Shown here one piece after another: positions 43,746-54,860 of a stretch of DNA of 64,000 nucleotides (position 1 is the stretch's first letter; every line of letters begins with the position of its first letter). This stretch comes from Alphaproteobacteria bacterium (GTDB lineage: Bacteria > Pseudomonadota > Alphaproteobacteria > SHVV01), in NCBI GenBank assembly GCA_965261735.1, contig OZ253470.1, forward strand, positions 2,208,001 through 2,272,000, written 5' to 3'. A program made the position numbers and the translations under genes. A model generated the notes under the pieces. That model worked only from the letters and a program-made list of their open reading frames with translations. It made no database searches and was not told the DNA's origin.

Positions 43746-43882
43746 GCTCTTCTCTCCGTCGCCCCGCGGCGCCACCCCGCGATACTCGGCCAGCCGCTTC
43801 ACACAATCGACTACCACGAATTGCCACAGGTCGCGACGCCCGGCGGATCTCGGTTTGCTGTCCCCTCATTGCCGATCCACGA

Positions 43883-44587
43883 TCAGTTTGCACCGCAGCA
43901 GCGCTTGTATTTTCGGCCCGAGCCGCATGGGCAGGGCTCGTTTCGGCCCACCTTGCGGCCGAATGCCGGCGGATCGTCATGGACAGATGGGGCATGGAAC
44001 CCGGCGCCGCCCCTGCCGTGCTTCCCGATTTGCCGGGACTTGGTCCAGGCGTTCAGATTGTGGACGAACTCCGGGATCATTCCGGGCGCAAGCCGGTCGA
44101 GCTCGTCCTCGGCCTCTTCCGTCAACTCCGAGCGGCCGTAATAGAAATCGTTCAGCGCAACGATCATGCTGATCGATGCCGACGCCTCCTCGTCGTCGCT
44201 CAGCGCGATCTCCTCCCACGCATCCGGACGCAGCCGCATGGCCCGTTCGAAGCCGTCGATCCAGGGTTCCCACAAGGTCTCGCCACCGTTGGGGTCGATC
44301 TCAAGGACCGGTGCGTAATCCTCCGGATGCTCCGCCAGTTCCCGGGCGATCCGGTTGTAGTGCCCCATCACCGCGGCAATCGTCGCCTCGGCCTCGTCGA
44401 CATCCCCGAATTCGTGTTCTCCGCCCCAGACCCCCGGCAGCCATTCCGAGGGCGGGATCATCTCCGGGCAGACGATCAGGGCGGCGACATAGCCATCCAG
44501 CTCCGCGATCGTCATGCCGTCGCGTTCGGCGGGAATGGCGCTCAGAAGATCATGCAGCCGGTCGAGGTCCGGGTCCGTGTCGCTCAT
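43883..44587 (-). CDS. UPF0149/YecA family protein with C-terminal SEC-C motif
   Basis: [22 protein letters not shown] and [20 protein letters not shown]. Confidence 0.9.
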   Translation of the reverse strand: MSDTDPDLDRLHDLLSAIPAERDGMTIAELDGYVAALIVCPEMIPPSEWLPGVWGGEHEFGDVDEAEATIAAVMGHYNRIARELAEHPEDYAPVLEIDPNGGETLWEPWIDGFERAMRLRPDAWEEIALSDDEEASASISMIVALNDFYYGRSELTEEAEDELDRLAPGMIPEFVHNLNAWTKSRQIGKHGRGGAGFHAPSVHDDPPAFGRKVGRNEPCPCGSGRKYKRCCGAN

Positions 44588-44597
44588 GGTCCGGCAG

Positions 44598-46876
44598 TTA
44601 TCCGTATGGCATCGCGCCGGTCAACGTCGATCTCTGCCGGGCCCCGGCAGCGGCGGATATGCCGGATTCCGCACCGCCCGTCGGACCGTCCAGCCACTCG
44701 TCCAGCTTCGACCAGCGCCGGCGTCCCGAGGCGTTGCGCACCGCGATGGCGACCGCCTTCTTCTGGCCCACCAGCACCACCAGCCGCTTGCCGCGCGTGA
44801 CCCCGGTGTAGAGCAGGTTCCGCTTCAGCATCGCGTAGTGCTGGGTCAGCACCGGGATCACCACCGCCGGATACTCCGAGCCCTGGCTCTTGTGGACCGT
44901 CGCGGCGTAGGCCGGCACCAGCGTATCCAACTCGCCGAAGCCGTAGAGGAGATCGCGGCCCTCGAACCGCGCGGTCAGCTCGCCGGCGTCTGGATCCACA
45001 TCGGCGACGAGCCCGATGTCGCCGTTGTAGACCTCCTTGTCGTAGTCGTTCTCGATCTGCATCACCTTGTCGCCGGGGGCAAAGGTCCAGCCGAAGCGCT
45101 CGACCTTCCGTTCGCCGGCTGGGTTGAGCGCGGCCTGCAGTTCGATGTTGAGCGAGCGGGCGCGGGCGCCGGCGCCGCCCCGGTTCATCGGGCACAGCAC
45201 CTGGATGTCCTGCATGGCGTCGAAGCCGAAGCGCTGCGGGATACGGGTCTTCACCAGCTCAACGATGCGGGCCGCCGCCGTCTCGGGATCCTCGGCCGGC
45301 ACGAAGTAGAAGTCGCTGTCGCCCTCGGGCCGGGAGAGGTCGGGGATAGCGCCTCGGTTGATACCGTGGGCGGTGGTGACGATCCGGCTTCGCGCCGCCT
45401 GGCGAAACACCTCGGTCAACCGCACCACCGGCACTGCGCCGGAGGCGATGATGTCGGCCAGAACCTGGCCCGGCCCCACCGAGGGCAGTTGGTCGACGTC
45501 GCCCACGATCAGGAGGGCGGCTTCGTCGGGGACCGCCGCCAGCAGCGCCCGCATCAGCATCACGTCCACCATCGACGTCTCGTCGATCACCAGCAGGCCG
45601 CAGTGGAGCGGGTTGTGCGCGTCGCGCCGGAACCCGCCGTTCCTGGGATCGACCTCCAGCAGGCGGTGGATCGTCTTCGCCTCCAACCCGGTGGCCTCGC
45701 TCATCCGCTTGGCCGCGCGCCCGGTCGGCGCGCACAGCAGGATATCGACGCCCTTGGCGGACAGGATGCGCAGGATCGAGTTGACGATCGTCGTCTTGCC
45801 GACGCCCGGTCCGCCGGTGATGACGGAGACCTTCGAGGAGAGCGCCGCGCGTACCGCGTCGGCCTGGCCGGGCGCCAGGGCGAGCCCGGTCTTGCCCTCC
45901 ACCCAGGGCAGGGCCTTGCTCGGGTCGATGTCGGGCCATGGGAGATTGCCGGCCGCAATCCCCAGAAGACGCCCGGCGATCGCGCGTTCGGCCCGGTGCA
46001 GGCCGCCGAGGAATATGGAGGGGATCTCCACCACCGTGTCGGCAACCACCGTGCCTTCGGCCAGCTCCAGGTCCAGCGCGGCGCGGATCAGCTCGCCGAA
46101 CCTCCAGGAGTTTGGCCGCGAGCGGTCCGAGCTCTTCTTCCGGCAGGCCGCAATGACCCTCGTCCATCGCTTCTGTCAGCGCGTAGCCGATGCCCGCGCG
46201 GACCCGGACCATGGCCGTCTTCGCGAAGCCGAGCTTCATCGCGATCGCGTCGGCGGTCACGAAACCGATGCCGCGGATGTCGCGCGCGAGGCGGTACGGG
46301 TTCTCCGTCATGACCTCGACCGCATCGGCGCCGTAGGTCCGGGAATATCCGCACCGCCCGCGCCGTGCCGACGCCGTGGCTGTGCAGGAACACCATGATC
46401 TCGCGGATCACCTTCTGCTCGGCCCAGGCATCGGTGATCCGCTTCGCCCGCACCTTCCCGATGCCGGTCACCTTGCGCAGGCGTTCGGGCTCGGCCTCGA
46501 TGACGTCAAACACCTTCTCGCCGAACGCCCGGACCAGCTTGCGGGCATAGACCGGGCCGATGCCCCGGATCGTGCCGGAGCCGAGATACTTCTCGATGCC
46601 CTCGACCGAGGACGGCTCGGAGGTGCGCATGAAGCGCGCCTTTAACTGTTGACCGTGGGTGCGGTCGTTGACCCACTCGCCCGAGGCGGTGATCCACTCC
46701 CCCGGTCCCACCATGGCGGCATGGCCGACCACGGTCACCAGGTCGCGATGCCCCCGCGCCTTCGTCCTCAGGACGCAGAAGCCGTTCTCCGGATTGTGGA
46801 AGGTGACGCGCTCGACCAGACCGGCCAGGACCTCCCGGTCCGAGGACTCTGGATGCTGGCCGGCGCCGGGTTTCAC
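44598..46876 (-). pseudogene. recD2: ATP-dependent RecD2-like SF1B helicase with two frameshifts (about 46340 and 46095)
   Basis: VERVTFHNPENGF, GIGP HhH, ENPYRL, GGPGVGKT, DETSM, GDVDQL and TVHKSQGSE, spread over three frames. Confidence 0.88.
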
Positions 46877-47262
46877 GACGTGCCGAGCGCCGGAGCGGTC
46901 AGCAGTTCCTTCACCAGGTCGAACTGCCGTGCAGCACGCTCCGCTGTCGCCTTTCCATCCGCGAAGCCTGGATATTCATCGTCCAGTGCGGCTACTTCCA
47001 TCTCGCGTCGCCGCCGTTCGGTACGCGCAAGATGCGCGGCCATTTCCTCAGGCGTGAACATGCCTCTTACCCTGGATACGAATTGCGGCAGCGCCTGCGC
47101 GAATTCGGGATGTCCCGCCGCCGCCTCGGCGAAATTGAGCAGCTTCTCTCCGACCACGTAGTCGAAAGCCGACTCCACACCGTATCTGAGCTTTATCGTT
47201 TCCGCGGCTTCGCACTGTTCGAGCCAGATGTCATGCCAGCGGCGCTCTGTCATCGACTGCAT
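46873..47262 (-). CDS. Conserved hypothetical protein coupled to recD2
   Basis: GAGG RBS; IWLEQCEAA...AFDYVVGEKLLNFA; overlaps the recD2 GTG. Confidence 0.65.
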   Translation of the reverse strand: MQSMTERRWHDIWLEQCEAAETIKLRYGVESAFDYVVGEKLLNFAEAAAGHPEFAQALPQFVSRVRGMFTPEEMAAHLARTERRRREMEVAALDDEYPGFADGKATAERAARQFDLVKELLTAPALGTS

Positions 47263-50030
47263 CCCGACCTCTCTCTTCTACAATGACCCTCTACCGCGCC
47301 CATCCGCGCCCATTCGCGGAAGTCCGGTCGGACGCAGGCCGGCGTCCGTCGACACGGCAGTTCAAGCCGCTTCCCATGCCAGCCGCCCGGCGCGCAATCC
47401 CGATCCCGGCGCCCTGCAGACGATATCTTCCTCGCTCCGCCATCCGGGAAACCCGGTCACCCCGGCCCGAACAATGCATCGATATCCTCTTCGGTGAGCG
47501 CCAGGGGGCCTTCACCCGTTCCTTCGAACAATGCGTCCGCGAGGGCCTGCTTGCGGATCTGCATCTTCTGGATTGCCGCCTCGACGGTATCTTCAGCAAT
47601 GAGACGATGTACGAATACTGGCTTGTCCTGGCCGATCCGGTGCGCCCGGTCCATGGCCTGCCGTTCCACCGCCGGGTTCCACCAGGGGTCGTAGACAATG
47701 ACGGTGTCGGCAGCGGTCAGGTTGAGACCCGTGCCGCCCGCCTTCAGGCTGATCAGGAACAGCGGCAGGTTTCCCGACTGGAAGTTCGACACCTGAACGT
47801 CACGGTCCTTCGTGCTGCCGTGCAGCATGGCATAGTCCCAGCCGCGGGCGGCGACGTCGCCTTCGATCAGTCTCAGCATCTTTACGAACTGGGAGAAGAT
47901 CAGGATGTTTCGCCCTTCGGCCACGAGTTCCTCAAGCAACGCGAAGAGGCGCGCCCGCTTGGCGCTCTCGGTCACCTTGCGGGCAGAGTCGAGCCGGACC
48001 AGACGCGGATCGCAGCAGACCTGCCGCAGCTTCAGGAGCGCGTCGAGAATCGTGATGCGGGATGCGGCCAGGCCCCTCGCCGCGATGGCGTCGCGGATCC
48101 GCGCATCCATCGCCGTCCTGATGCTCTCGTAAAGCGCGGCCTGGCCGCCTTCGAGAGGGATGAGCTCGTCGATCACCGTCTTCTCGGGAAGGTCGCGGGC
48201 GACCTGCTCCTTGGTGCGCCGCATCAGGAAGGGCTTGATCCGGGTGGAGAGCAGGCGCTGTCTCGCGCGGTCGCCCCGCTTCTCGATCGGAGTTCGATAG
48301 TCGGCCGTGAAGGATTTTCGGTTTCCGAGCAGGCCGGGGATCAGCCAGTCATAGAGCGACCACAGCTCCCCGAGATTGTTCTCGAGCGGCGTCCCGGTCA
48401 GCGCCAGACGCTGCCGGGCCCGAACGTCCCGGATACGTTTGGAGACGGCCGCAGCCGGGTTCTTGACCGTCTGTGCCTCGTCCAGGATGGCGGTGTCGTA
48501 GTCGTGGCCGAACAACGCTTCATGGTCCCGGTTCAAGAGCGGATAGGTCGTGAGGACGAGATGGTGGTTAGGGATTTCAGAAAAGCGCTGCCGCCGGTCG
48601 GGCCCGTGAAGCACCAGGAGCTTCAGGTCCGGGACGAAACGTGCGGCCTCCCGTTTCCAGTTGCCGACCAGACTTGTCGGCACCACCACGAGGCTCGGGC
48701 GGTCGGTCCTCTCCTCAAGGTGCCGATGGGCGAGCAGGGCGAGCGCCTGCACGGTCTTGCCGAGCCCCATGTCGTCGGCAAGCATGCCGCCGAAGCCGCT
48801 GTCGGAGAGCGCCCTCAGCCAGCCGTAGCCGGCGCGCTGATAGGGACGCAACTCTCCGCGCAGCGCGGCGGGGGCCGGCAGCTCCGGGGCCTCGGAGAGA
48901 GACCGGAGGCGGGCGCCGAGATCGAGCAATTCCCGGCCCCCGGTCCACGGCGCACCGCAGCCCTCCAGGGCTTCGGCCAGTTCGGACAGGCGGCCCGCCT
49001 CGGCCCGATGGAAGCCGAGCAGCCCCTGCGCTTCCAGAAAGGCCTCGGCGAACCGCGCGAACCGTGCCCCGTCAATCGCAAGATACGTCCCGTCCTCGAA
49101 TCGGGCATGGATGACCCTGCCGGCAAGATGCCGGTCGACGTCGAAGCCGTCTTCCAGCTGTCCCCATTCGTTCACGGGCAGGGCGTCGACGATCTGCAGG
49201 ACGATCGGCGAGATGTCGAACGTCTGGCCGTTCGCCTCAAGCGACAGGGCAAGCGAGAACCAGTCGGAGTCCGACGATTCCAGCGCGGTCGAGAACGCGA
49301 CCGGCCCCTCGTAAATGCGGAACGGCCCTGTCTTGTCGATCTCGACGCGCCAGCCCTCGGCGCGGAGCGCGGGAAGCGTCCGCGAGACGAATCCGATGCC
49401 GGCCGCGGCCGCCTCCCCGTCGTCCCCGTCCCGGAGCGGCGGAAAGACGAAATCCGCATCGAGCACCCCGGGCAGCAGCCGGATCTCGTGACGCAGCGCG
49501 CTTGGATCCTCGCCGCCATGGCGCTTCGCCTCCTGCACGAGCGCCTCCCGGAAGCCGGCTTCCCGCACGGGATCGCGCCGGATGACGGCGGGACGGCAGT
49601 CGCCGTCGGCCTGGAGGCCGCCGATCCCGCCGGGCCGCAGCCGCCTCCCGGCACCCTCGTAGGTGATCTCCAGCCGGGCGCAGGGAAAGACGGCCGAAAC
49701 GTCTTTGCCGGGGCCCCTGCGGTATTCGCCAGGCGCGTACAGGGTCACGTTCTGCTCGCAGCCGTAGAGCGTCAGGACCGGTTCGGGCCGCACATCGGTG
49801 CGCTCCTCGACACGTTGCAACCGGGGCACGGGCGCATGCTGGCCGACCCGCGACAGTTTCGCCGTGACCGTCCCGACCGATTCATGCGGCACCGGCGGAG
49901 CGGAGGCGAACCAGGGTAACGATTCGGTCGTGCCGGGATGGGGGGCGTGTTCGTCATGATCCTCCACGTAATGGGGTAACCCTCAACAACTCACTGGTAA
50001 CGAGATTCGTCATGCCCTATCGTCAAGCGC

Positions 50031-52274
50031 ATGGTGGCTCGCGACGAGGATTTTGACGCGGCGCTGACGCTGGCCCAGGAGAGCGACGGGACTTGGTCGC
50101 CCTCTGAGGCCGTGCCGTCGCGCGAGCCGCGCGACTGGCGCCCGCGGTTTGAGCAGGAGCGTGCCCGCGCCGACCGGGACCGGGAGCGGGCAGACGCGGC
50201 GGAGGCGCGCCTTTCGAAAGCCGCTGTCGAGTCGGCGAAGCGCCGTAAGGTCGTCTCGCCGTCCGGGCAGGTGAGCCGACTGCAAAAGGAGAACGCTCGG
50301 CTGTCCAGGGAGGCCGCTCGGCTGGACAAGCGGCTGGCCCTCGAATCGCAGTCGTCGGAGAGCCACAAGGAGACCATTAGGTCACAGAACCGCGAGATCA
50401 TTCGTCTCGTTGCGGAGTTGAGGCGATTGCGCGACCAGAAGGATACGGTCAAGCGGCTGTCCGAAGAGGCCTACCGACTGCGCTTTGCCCGGCTGCTGCG
50501 TGCGACCGAGGCGGTGCGGTCGAAGTCGCCGCCCCGCGATACCGCTGAGCTGCGCGCGGCTTTAAGACGATCACGGCGCCAGAAGACAACGATCAGGTCG
50601 CTGAGCAAGGAGAACGCCCGGCTGCACAGGACGGTGCGGAGGTCGGAGACCCGCAAGGAAGCGCTGAAGGGCCGGCTTGCCAAACTTCGCGCAGGGAAGA
50701 CGCTGTCCGACACCGTCGGCGATCTGCGCAAGGCCCTTTCAAGATCGCGGCGCCAGAAGACGACGATCAAGTCGCTGGGCCAGGACAATGCCCGGTTGCA
50801 CAGGGCGGTGCGGAAGTTGGAGACCCGGAAGGCGGCGTTGGAGTCTCAGCTTGCCAGGCTCCGCGCGACCGGGACGACCCTGTCGAAGGCGCTCTTCGGG
50901 CGCCGGAGCGAGCAGCAGGAGAAGCCGCGCTCGGAGCGCAAACGCGGCCAGCAGCGCGGTGCTGCCGGCCATGGACGCACCCAACGGCCCACGATTGAGG
51001 AAAGGACGGAAGAGCACAACCCGTCGCCGGACGAGCGCGTCTGTGCCTGCTGCGGGAAGCCCTACGTGGCGAACGGCGCCGAGGAATCCACCCTCATCGA
51101 GATCGAGGTCCAGGCCCACAAGCGCGTCATCCGCCGTCCGAGGTGGCGCCGGGGCTGCACTTGCGAATCGTCGCCGCGGGAGGTGTCGGCCCCCCCGGTG
51201 CCGCGCCTGTTCGACAATACGCCCTACGGGATCAGCGTGTGGGCGCGCGTGCTCTTTGAGCGCTGTGCCTACTTCCGCCCGCTGAACCGGGTCGCGGCCT
51301 GGCTGTCGGACCAGGGGCTGGCGATCTCACCGGGGACACTGGGCGACAGCGAGAAGCGGTTCGTGCCGATGTTCGAACCGGTGGCCGAAGCGATCCTCGC
51401 GCACCAGAACAAGGCGGCAGTGCGCCACGGGGACGAGACCGGGTGGCGCATCCACTCGCTACGCGAGCAGGGCCGGTCGAGCCGCGCCTGGCTGTGGACC
51501 TCGGTCAGCAACGACGCGGTCTACTTCCACATCGACCCCTCGCGCAGCGCCGAGGTTGCGAAGACGCTGTTCGGCGCCGTCATCGGCATCGTGTTCCTGA
51601 TCTGCGACCGCCTCTCGACCTACAAGAAGATGGCGCGCGAGCTCGACGGCAAGGTGGTTCTGTGCTGGTGCTGGGTCCATCACCGCCGCGACTTCATCCA
51701 CTGCGCTGCCGGCCAGGTGCGCATGACGCAGTGGTGCCAGGCATGGATCGAGCGGATCGCGTCGATTTACCGGCTGAACGAGGCGCGACTGATCCACTAC
51801 GACCCTTGTCGCGACCGGCAGAGAGCGGCCTTCACCGCAGCGCAATCCGAGCTGAAGGCGACGGTCGACGATCTGTTCTCAGGGGCCGAACGGGAACTGG
51901 CCGCCCTGCCGCCGGAGGCGCGCGAGGGCAAGGCGCTGCGCTCTCTGGTGAACCACCGCGAGGGGCTGAGCGTCTTCGTCGACCGGCCTCAGGTGCCGAT
52001 GGATAATAATGCGGCCGAGCGCGCGCTCAGAGGTCCAGTCATAGGAAGACGGCTGTCGTTCGGCTCCGACAGCGAGACCGGCGCGCAGTTCACGGCGCTG
52101 ACGTACTCCGTGCTGGGCACTCTCGCGTTGAACCGCATCGACGTCCTGCGCTGGCTGGAAGCATGGCTGGGCGCGTGCGCGGAGAATGGCGGTCGACCAC
52201 CGGACGACCTGTCGCCCTGGCTGCCATGGTCGATGGACGAGGAACGCAGACGCGTCCTGACGGCGTCAGGATGA
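50031..52274 (+). CDS. IS66 family DDE transposase (TnpC-like) with extended coiled-coil N-terminus
   Basis: LFGRRSE, KRGQQRGAAGHGR, zinc finger CACC..CTC, HGDETGW, ICDR and MDNNAAERALR. Confidence 0.9.
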   Translation: MVARDEDFDAALTLAQESDGTWSPSEAVPSREPRDWRPRFEQERARADRDRERADAAEARLSKAAVESAKRRKVVSPSGQVSRLQKENARLSREAARLDKRLALESQSSESHKETIRSQNREIIRLVAELRRLRDQKDTVKRLSEEAYRLRFARLLRATEAVRSKSPPRDTAELRAALRRSRRQKTTIRSLSKENARLHRTVRRSETRKEALKGRLAKLRAGKTLSDTVGDLRKALSRSRRQKTTIKSLGQDNARLHRAVRKLETRKAALESQLARLRATGTTLSKALFGRRSEQQEKPRSERKRGQQRGAAGHGRTQRPTIEERTEEHNPSPDERVCACCGKPYVANGAEESTLIEIEVQAHKRVIRRPRWRRGCTCESSPREVSAPPVPRLFDNTPYGISVWARVLFERCAYFRPLNRVAAWLSDQGLAISPGTLGDSEKRFVPMFEPVAEAILAHQNKAAVRHGDETGWRIHSLREQGRSSRAWLWTSVSNDAVYFHIDPSRSAEVAKTLFGAVIGIVFLICDRLSTYKKMARELDGKVVLCWCWVHHRRDFIHCAAGQVRMTQWCQAWIERIASIYRLNEARLIHYDPCRDRQRAAFTAAQSELKATVDDLFSGAERELAALPPEAREGKALRSLVNHREGLSVFVDRPQVPMDNNAAERALRGPVIGRRLSFGSDSETGAQFTALTYSVLGTLALNRIDVLRWLEAWLGACAENGGRPPDDLSPWLPWSMDEERRRVLTASG

Positions 52275-53152
52275 CCGGCGCCGTCGAGTGCCGCTACTAC
52301 GGACGCGACTTCAGCGCCGAGGAAATGGCGCTGCTGCGCGCGCTGATCGCCGGCCCTCCGCCGCTGAACCGCCACGCCCTGTCGAAGGAGTTCTGCCGGC
52401 GCATCCGCTGGCTCAAGCCCGATGGCGGGCTCAAGGACATGATGGCCAGGGTGACCATGCTGGCCTTGCACAAGGACGGCCTGATCGCGCTGCCGGCGCC
52501 GAAGTGGCGGCAGAACCGGCCAAAGCCGATCGTCTTCGGACCGGAAACCGAGCCGCCGCTGTTCCCGGCGCCATCTACCCTCGACGAGGTCCGTCCGCTC
52601 GACCTGCGGACCGTCGCTCGCGGCACCCAGGAGGGCAAGCTGTGGAACGAGTTCGTCGCCCGCTACCACTATCTCGGCTACAGCACCCTGGTCGGCGCCC
52701 AGATGCGCTACGCCGTCCACGACAGAAACGGCTGGCCGCTCGCCATGCTCGGCTTCTCAACCGCCGCGTGGAAGCTCGCCCCGCGCGACACCTTCATCGG
52801 ATGGACGCCGCAGCTGCGCGAGAAGAACCTACCCCTCGTCGTCGACAACCCGAGGTTCCTCATCCTGCCCTGGATCGAGATCCCCAACCTCGGCTCGCAC
52901 ATCCTCGCCCTAATCCGCCGGCGCCTGCCCGACGACTGGACCGAGCGCTACAACACAACGCCCGTGCTCATCGAGACCTTCGTCGAAACGCCGCGCTACA
53001 CCGGACACGTCTACAAAGCCTCCGGCTGGCTCCGTGTCGGAACTACCCAGGGCCGGGGACGCTACGACCGACACACGAAGCGCGCCCAGCCGAAAAAGGA
53101 CATCTGGCTCCGGCCCCTGAAAAAAGATTGGAAGCGGACACTCAACCGATAA
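52271..53152 (+). CDS. DUF4338 domain (Druantia DruA-like) protein
   Basis: RYHYLGY, RDTFIGW, NPRFLILPW...NLGSHIL, DW.ERY..PVLIETFV and G..YKASGW..VGTTQGRGR; ATGA overlap with the transposase stop. Confidence 0.82.
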   Translation: MTGAVECRYYGRDFSAEEMALLRALIAGPPPLNRHALSKEFCRRIRWLKPDGGLKDMMARVTMLALHKDGLIALPAPKWRQNRPKPIVFGPETEPPLFPAPSTLDEVRPLDLRTVARGTQEGKLWNEFVARYHYLGYSTLVGAQMRYAVHDRNGWPLAMLGFSTAAWKLAPRDTFIGWTPQLREKNLPLVVDNPRFLILPWIEIPNLGSHILALIRRRLPDDWTERYNTTPVLIETFVETPRYTGHVYKASGWLRVGTTQGRGRYDRHTKRAQPKKDIWLRPLKKDWKRTLNR

Positions 53153-53615
53153 AATCAGTGGCCTATCCCGGCACGACCGAATCGTTACGAACCAGGACGC
53201 CATCCGGGGCGACAGCGACGTTTCGGCGACACCGGTCTCCCCGGTTGCGGGATCGAGGAAGAACGGTGACGGGAACGGCAGCAGCGTCATGGTGGAACCG
53301 GCGCCGTCGCGCGCCACGATCGACTGCTCGCCGGCCGGGCCGACCTCCCAGGCGAGATCGAGCCTCCGCGGCGGCGACCACGACAGGGCCATGCCCCGGA
53401 TTTCGTGAGCCCGGGCGCGGCCCGTCTCGACGATTTCACGCACGAGGCCGGTCAGCTCTTCGCCGTCCGGCCAGTCGTAGCTCGGCTGAAAGCCGCCATC
53501 GGCAAAGAAGTCGAGCTTCCCGAGGATCGCGGCGTCCTGCACGGTCAGGTTCTTCCGGGCCCAAGACGATCGGCGGTTGAATTCCTGGAAGTTGGAGCCG
53601 ATCGTTTCATCCTTC

Positions 53616-54535
53616 CTTGCCTATCCGGTGTACACCCACACCCACTAGGGCTAGAATGGGCGCAAACCGGATATAGGGGAGCGCGCCATGGATGTTCTCG
53701 ACCGCGCCGATCTCCCATTCCCGCATTCGCTACCCGAGTTCCAGCGACTTTTCCCCGATGATGCGGCCTGCGCCGCCTACCTGGAGAAAGCCCGCTGGGG
53801 AGACGGCTTTGCGCTGCCGCAAGTGCCGCCAGAACGCCGGGCTGACGGTGGGAACAGTGATGGAGCGTAGCCACACTCCGCTGAACGTCTGGTTCTGGGC
53901 CGCTTATCTGGTCGCCAGTCAGACGCCCGGCATGTCCGCCGTGCAGTTTCAGCGGCAACTTGGTCTTTCGCGAACGCGTGGGGAAGGCCGTGGTGTTCAC
54001 CACAAGGTTCCCGTCTCCTGTGCCATCGAGGTGCGTCATCGAAAGCCGGGCACCAAGCTCGACAACCGGAAAGACGGACGCTATGCCGGACGCGTTCGGC
54101 TCGCCGTCGTGCTCGACCGTAGCGCCGAGTCGCTCTGTGGGTTCGTCGAGAGCACCGTCGCGCCGCGATCGCTGATCGTTACTGACGATTGGAGCGGCTA
54201 TGCTGGCCTCGGTAAGCGCGGCTATGAGCACTTCGCTGTTGCCGAGTGTGGTGATCCAGAGGTTGCCGAGCAATACCTGCCGATCATCCATCTGGTTTTC
54301 GCCAACCTGAAGACGTGGCTGATCGGTATCCACCACGGCGTTAGCCACCAGCACCTACAAGCCTACCTCAACGAGTTCACCTTCCGCTTCAACAGGCGGT
54401 TCTACCCGTTCAACGCCTTCCGCTCATTGCTCGGCATCGCGGGCGACACCTCTGCTCCAACCTATGCCGAGCTTTACTCGGGAGAGTGGCGGCACCCTAC
54501 ATGTAGCGGTCATGGGCGTTAACCGGATAGGCAAG
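53616..54535 (+). mobile_element. IS1595 copy with two internal deletions (920 bp) and 8-bp TSD CATCCTTC
   Basis: Both IRs present; TSD at 53608-53615 and 54536-54543; 185 bp shorter than full copies. Confidence 0.92.
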
Positions 54536-54848
54536 CATCCTTCTTCAGATAGGCCCTGTAGGGCGTGATGCACATGCCGCGCACCCGATCCCGGTGGATG
54601 ACGTAGAACAGATGCTCCTGTCCTGGCGCCGGAGGGCCCGGCGGCCGGACCTCCAGCGCGGGGGCGATCCTTCCGGGCCAGAGATCGAGCCACCGGCTGA
54701 CCTCGCCCGGCAGAAGGGCGGGGTCCGCCGGGCCGTGTGCCCCGGTCCGGCGCTCCGACATTCCCCGCGCGTCAAGCAGCAGGGCGGCGACATGCTTGCA
54801 GTTGAAACCCACCGGGCAGGAACAATGCCCCTCGACCCGGCCAGGCAT

Positions 54849-54860
54849 CGGATAGGCAAG
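54849..54860. repeat. Isolated 12-bp tip of the IS1595 IR (CGGATAGGCAAG)
   Basis: Exact match to the IS terminus, located where the SWIM-SNF2 gene loses its 5' end. Confidence 0.65.

Larger units (their letters stand above)
49916..53188 (+). mobile_element. Complete IS66-type transposon carrying a transposase and a DUF4338 gene
   Basis: 24-bp perfect IR GTAACGATTCGGTCGTGCCGGGAT; 8-bp TSD GAACCAGG at 49908-49915 and 53189-53196; 3273 bp. Confidence 0.93.
47457..54848 (-). pseudogene. SWIM zinc finger + SNF2/DEAD helicase split by IS66 and IS1595 insertions
   Basis: Fragments 54848-54536 (CSCPVGFNCKH SWIM), 53615-53189 and 49915-47457 (LADDMGLGKT, DEAQ, TGTPLEN, GTGLNL, QAMDRAHRIGQ) read in frame once the ISs and one TSD each are removed. 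Confidence 0.88.

Noticed and set aside
47283-49919. Long antisense or alternate-frame ORFs (e.g. 47283-49919 +, 28680-30872 +, 12622-14271 -, 7268-8854 +, 72-1556 -)
   Set aside because: These are shadows of real genes caused by high GC and stop-codon scarcity; only the last 63 aa of 28680-30872 is real (the Crp HTH).
52271-53152. A complete Druantia defence system (DruA with the adjacent helicase as DruE)
   Set aside because: The DUF4338 gene lies inside IS66 IRs, and the helicase is a SWIM-SNF2 gene disrupted by that insertion; no DruB-E-like genes are recognisable.
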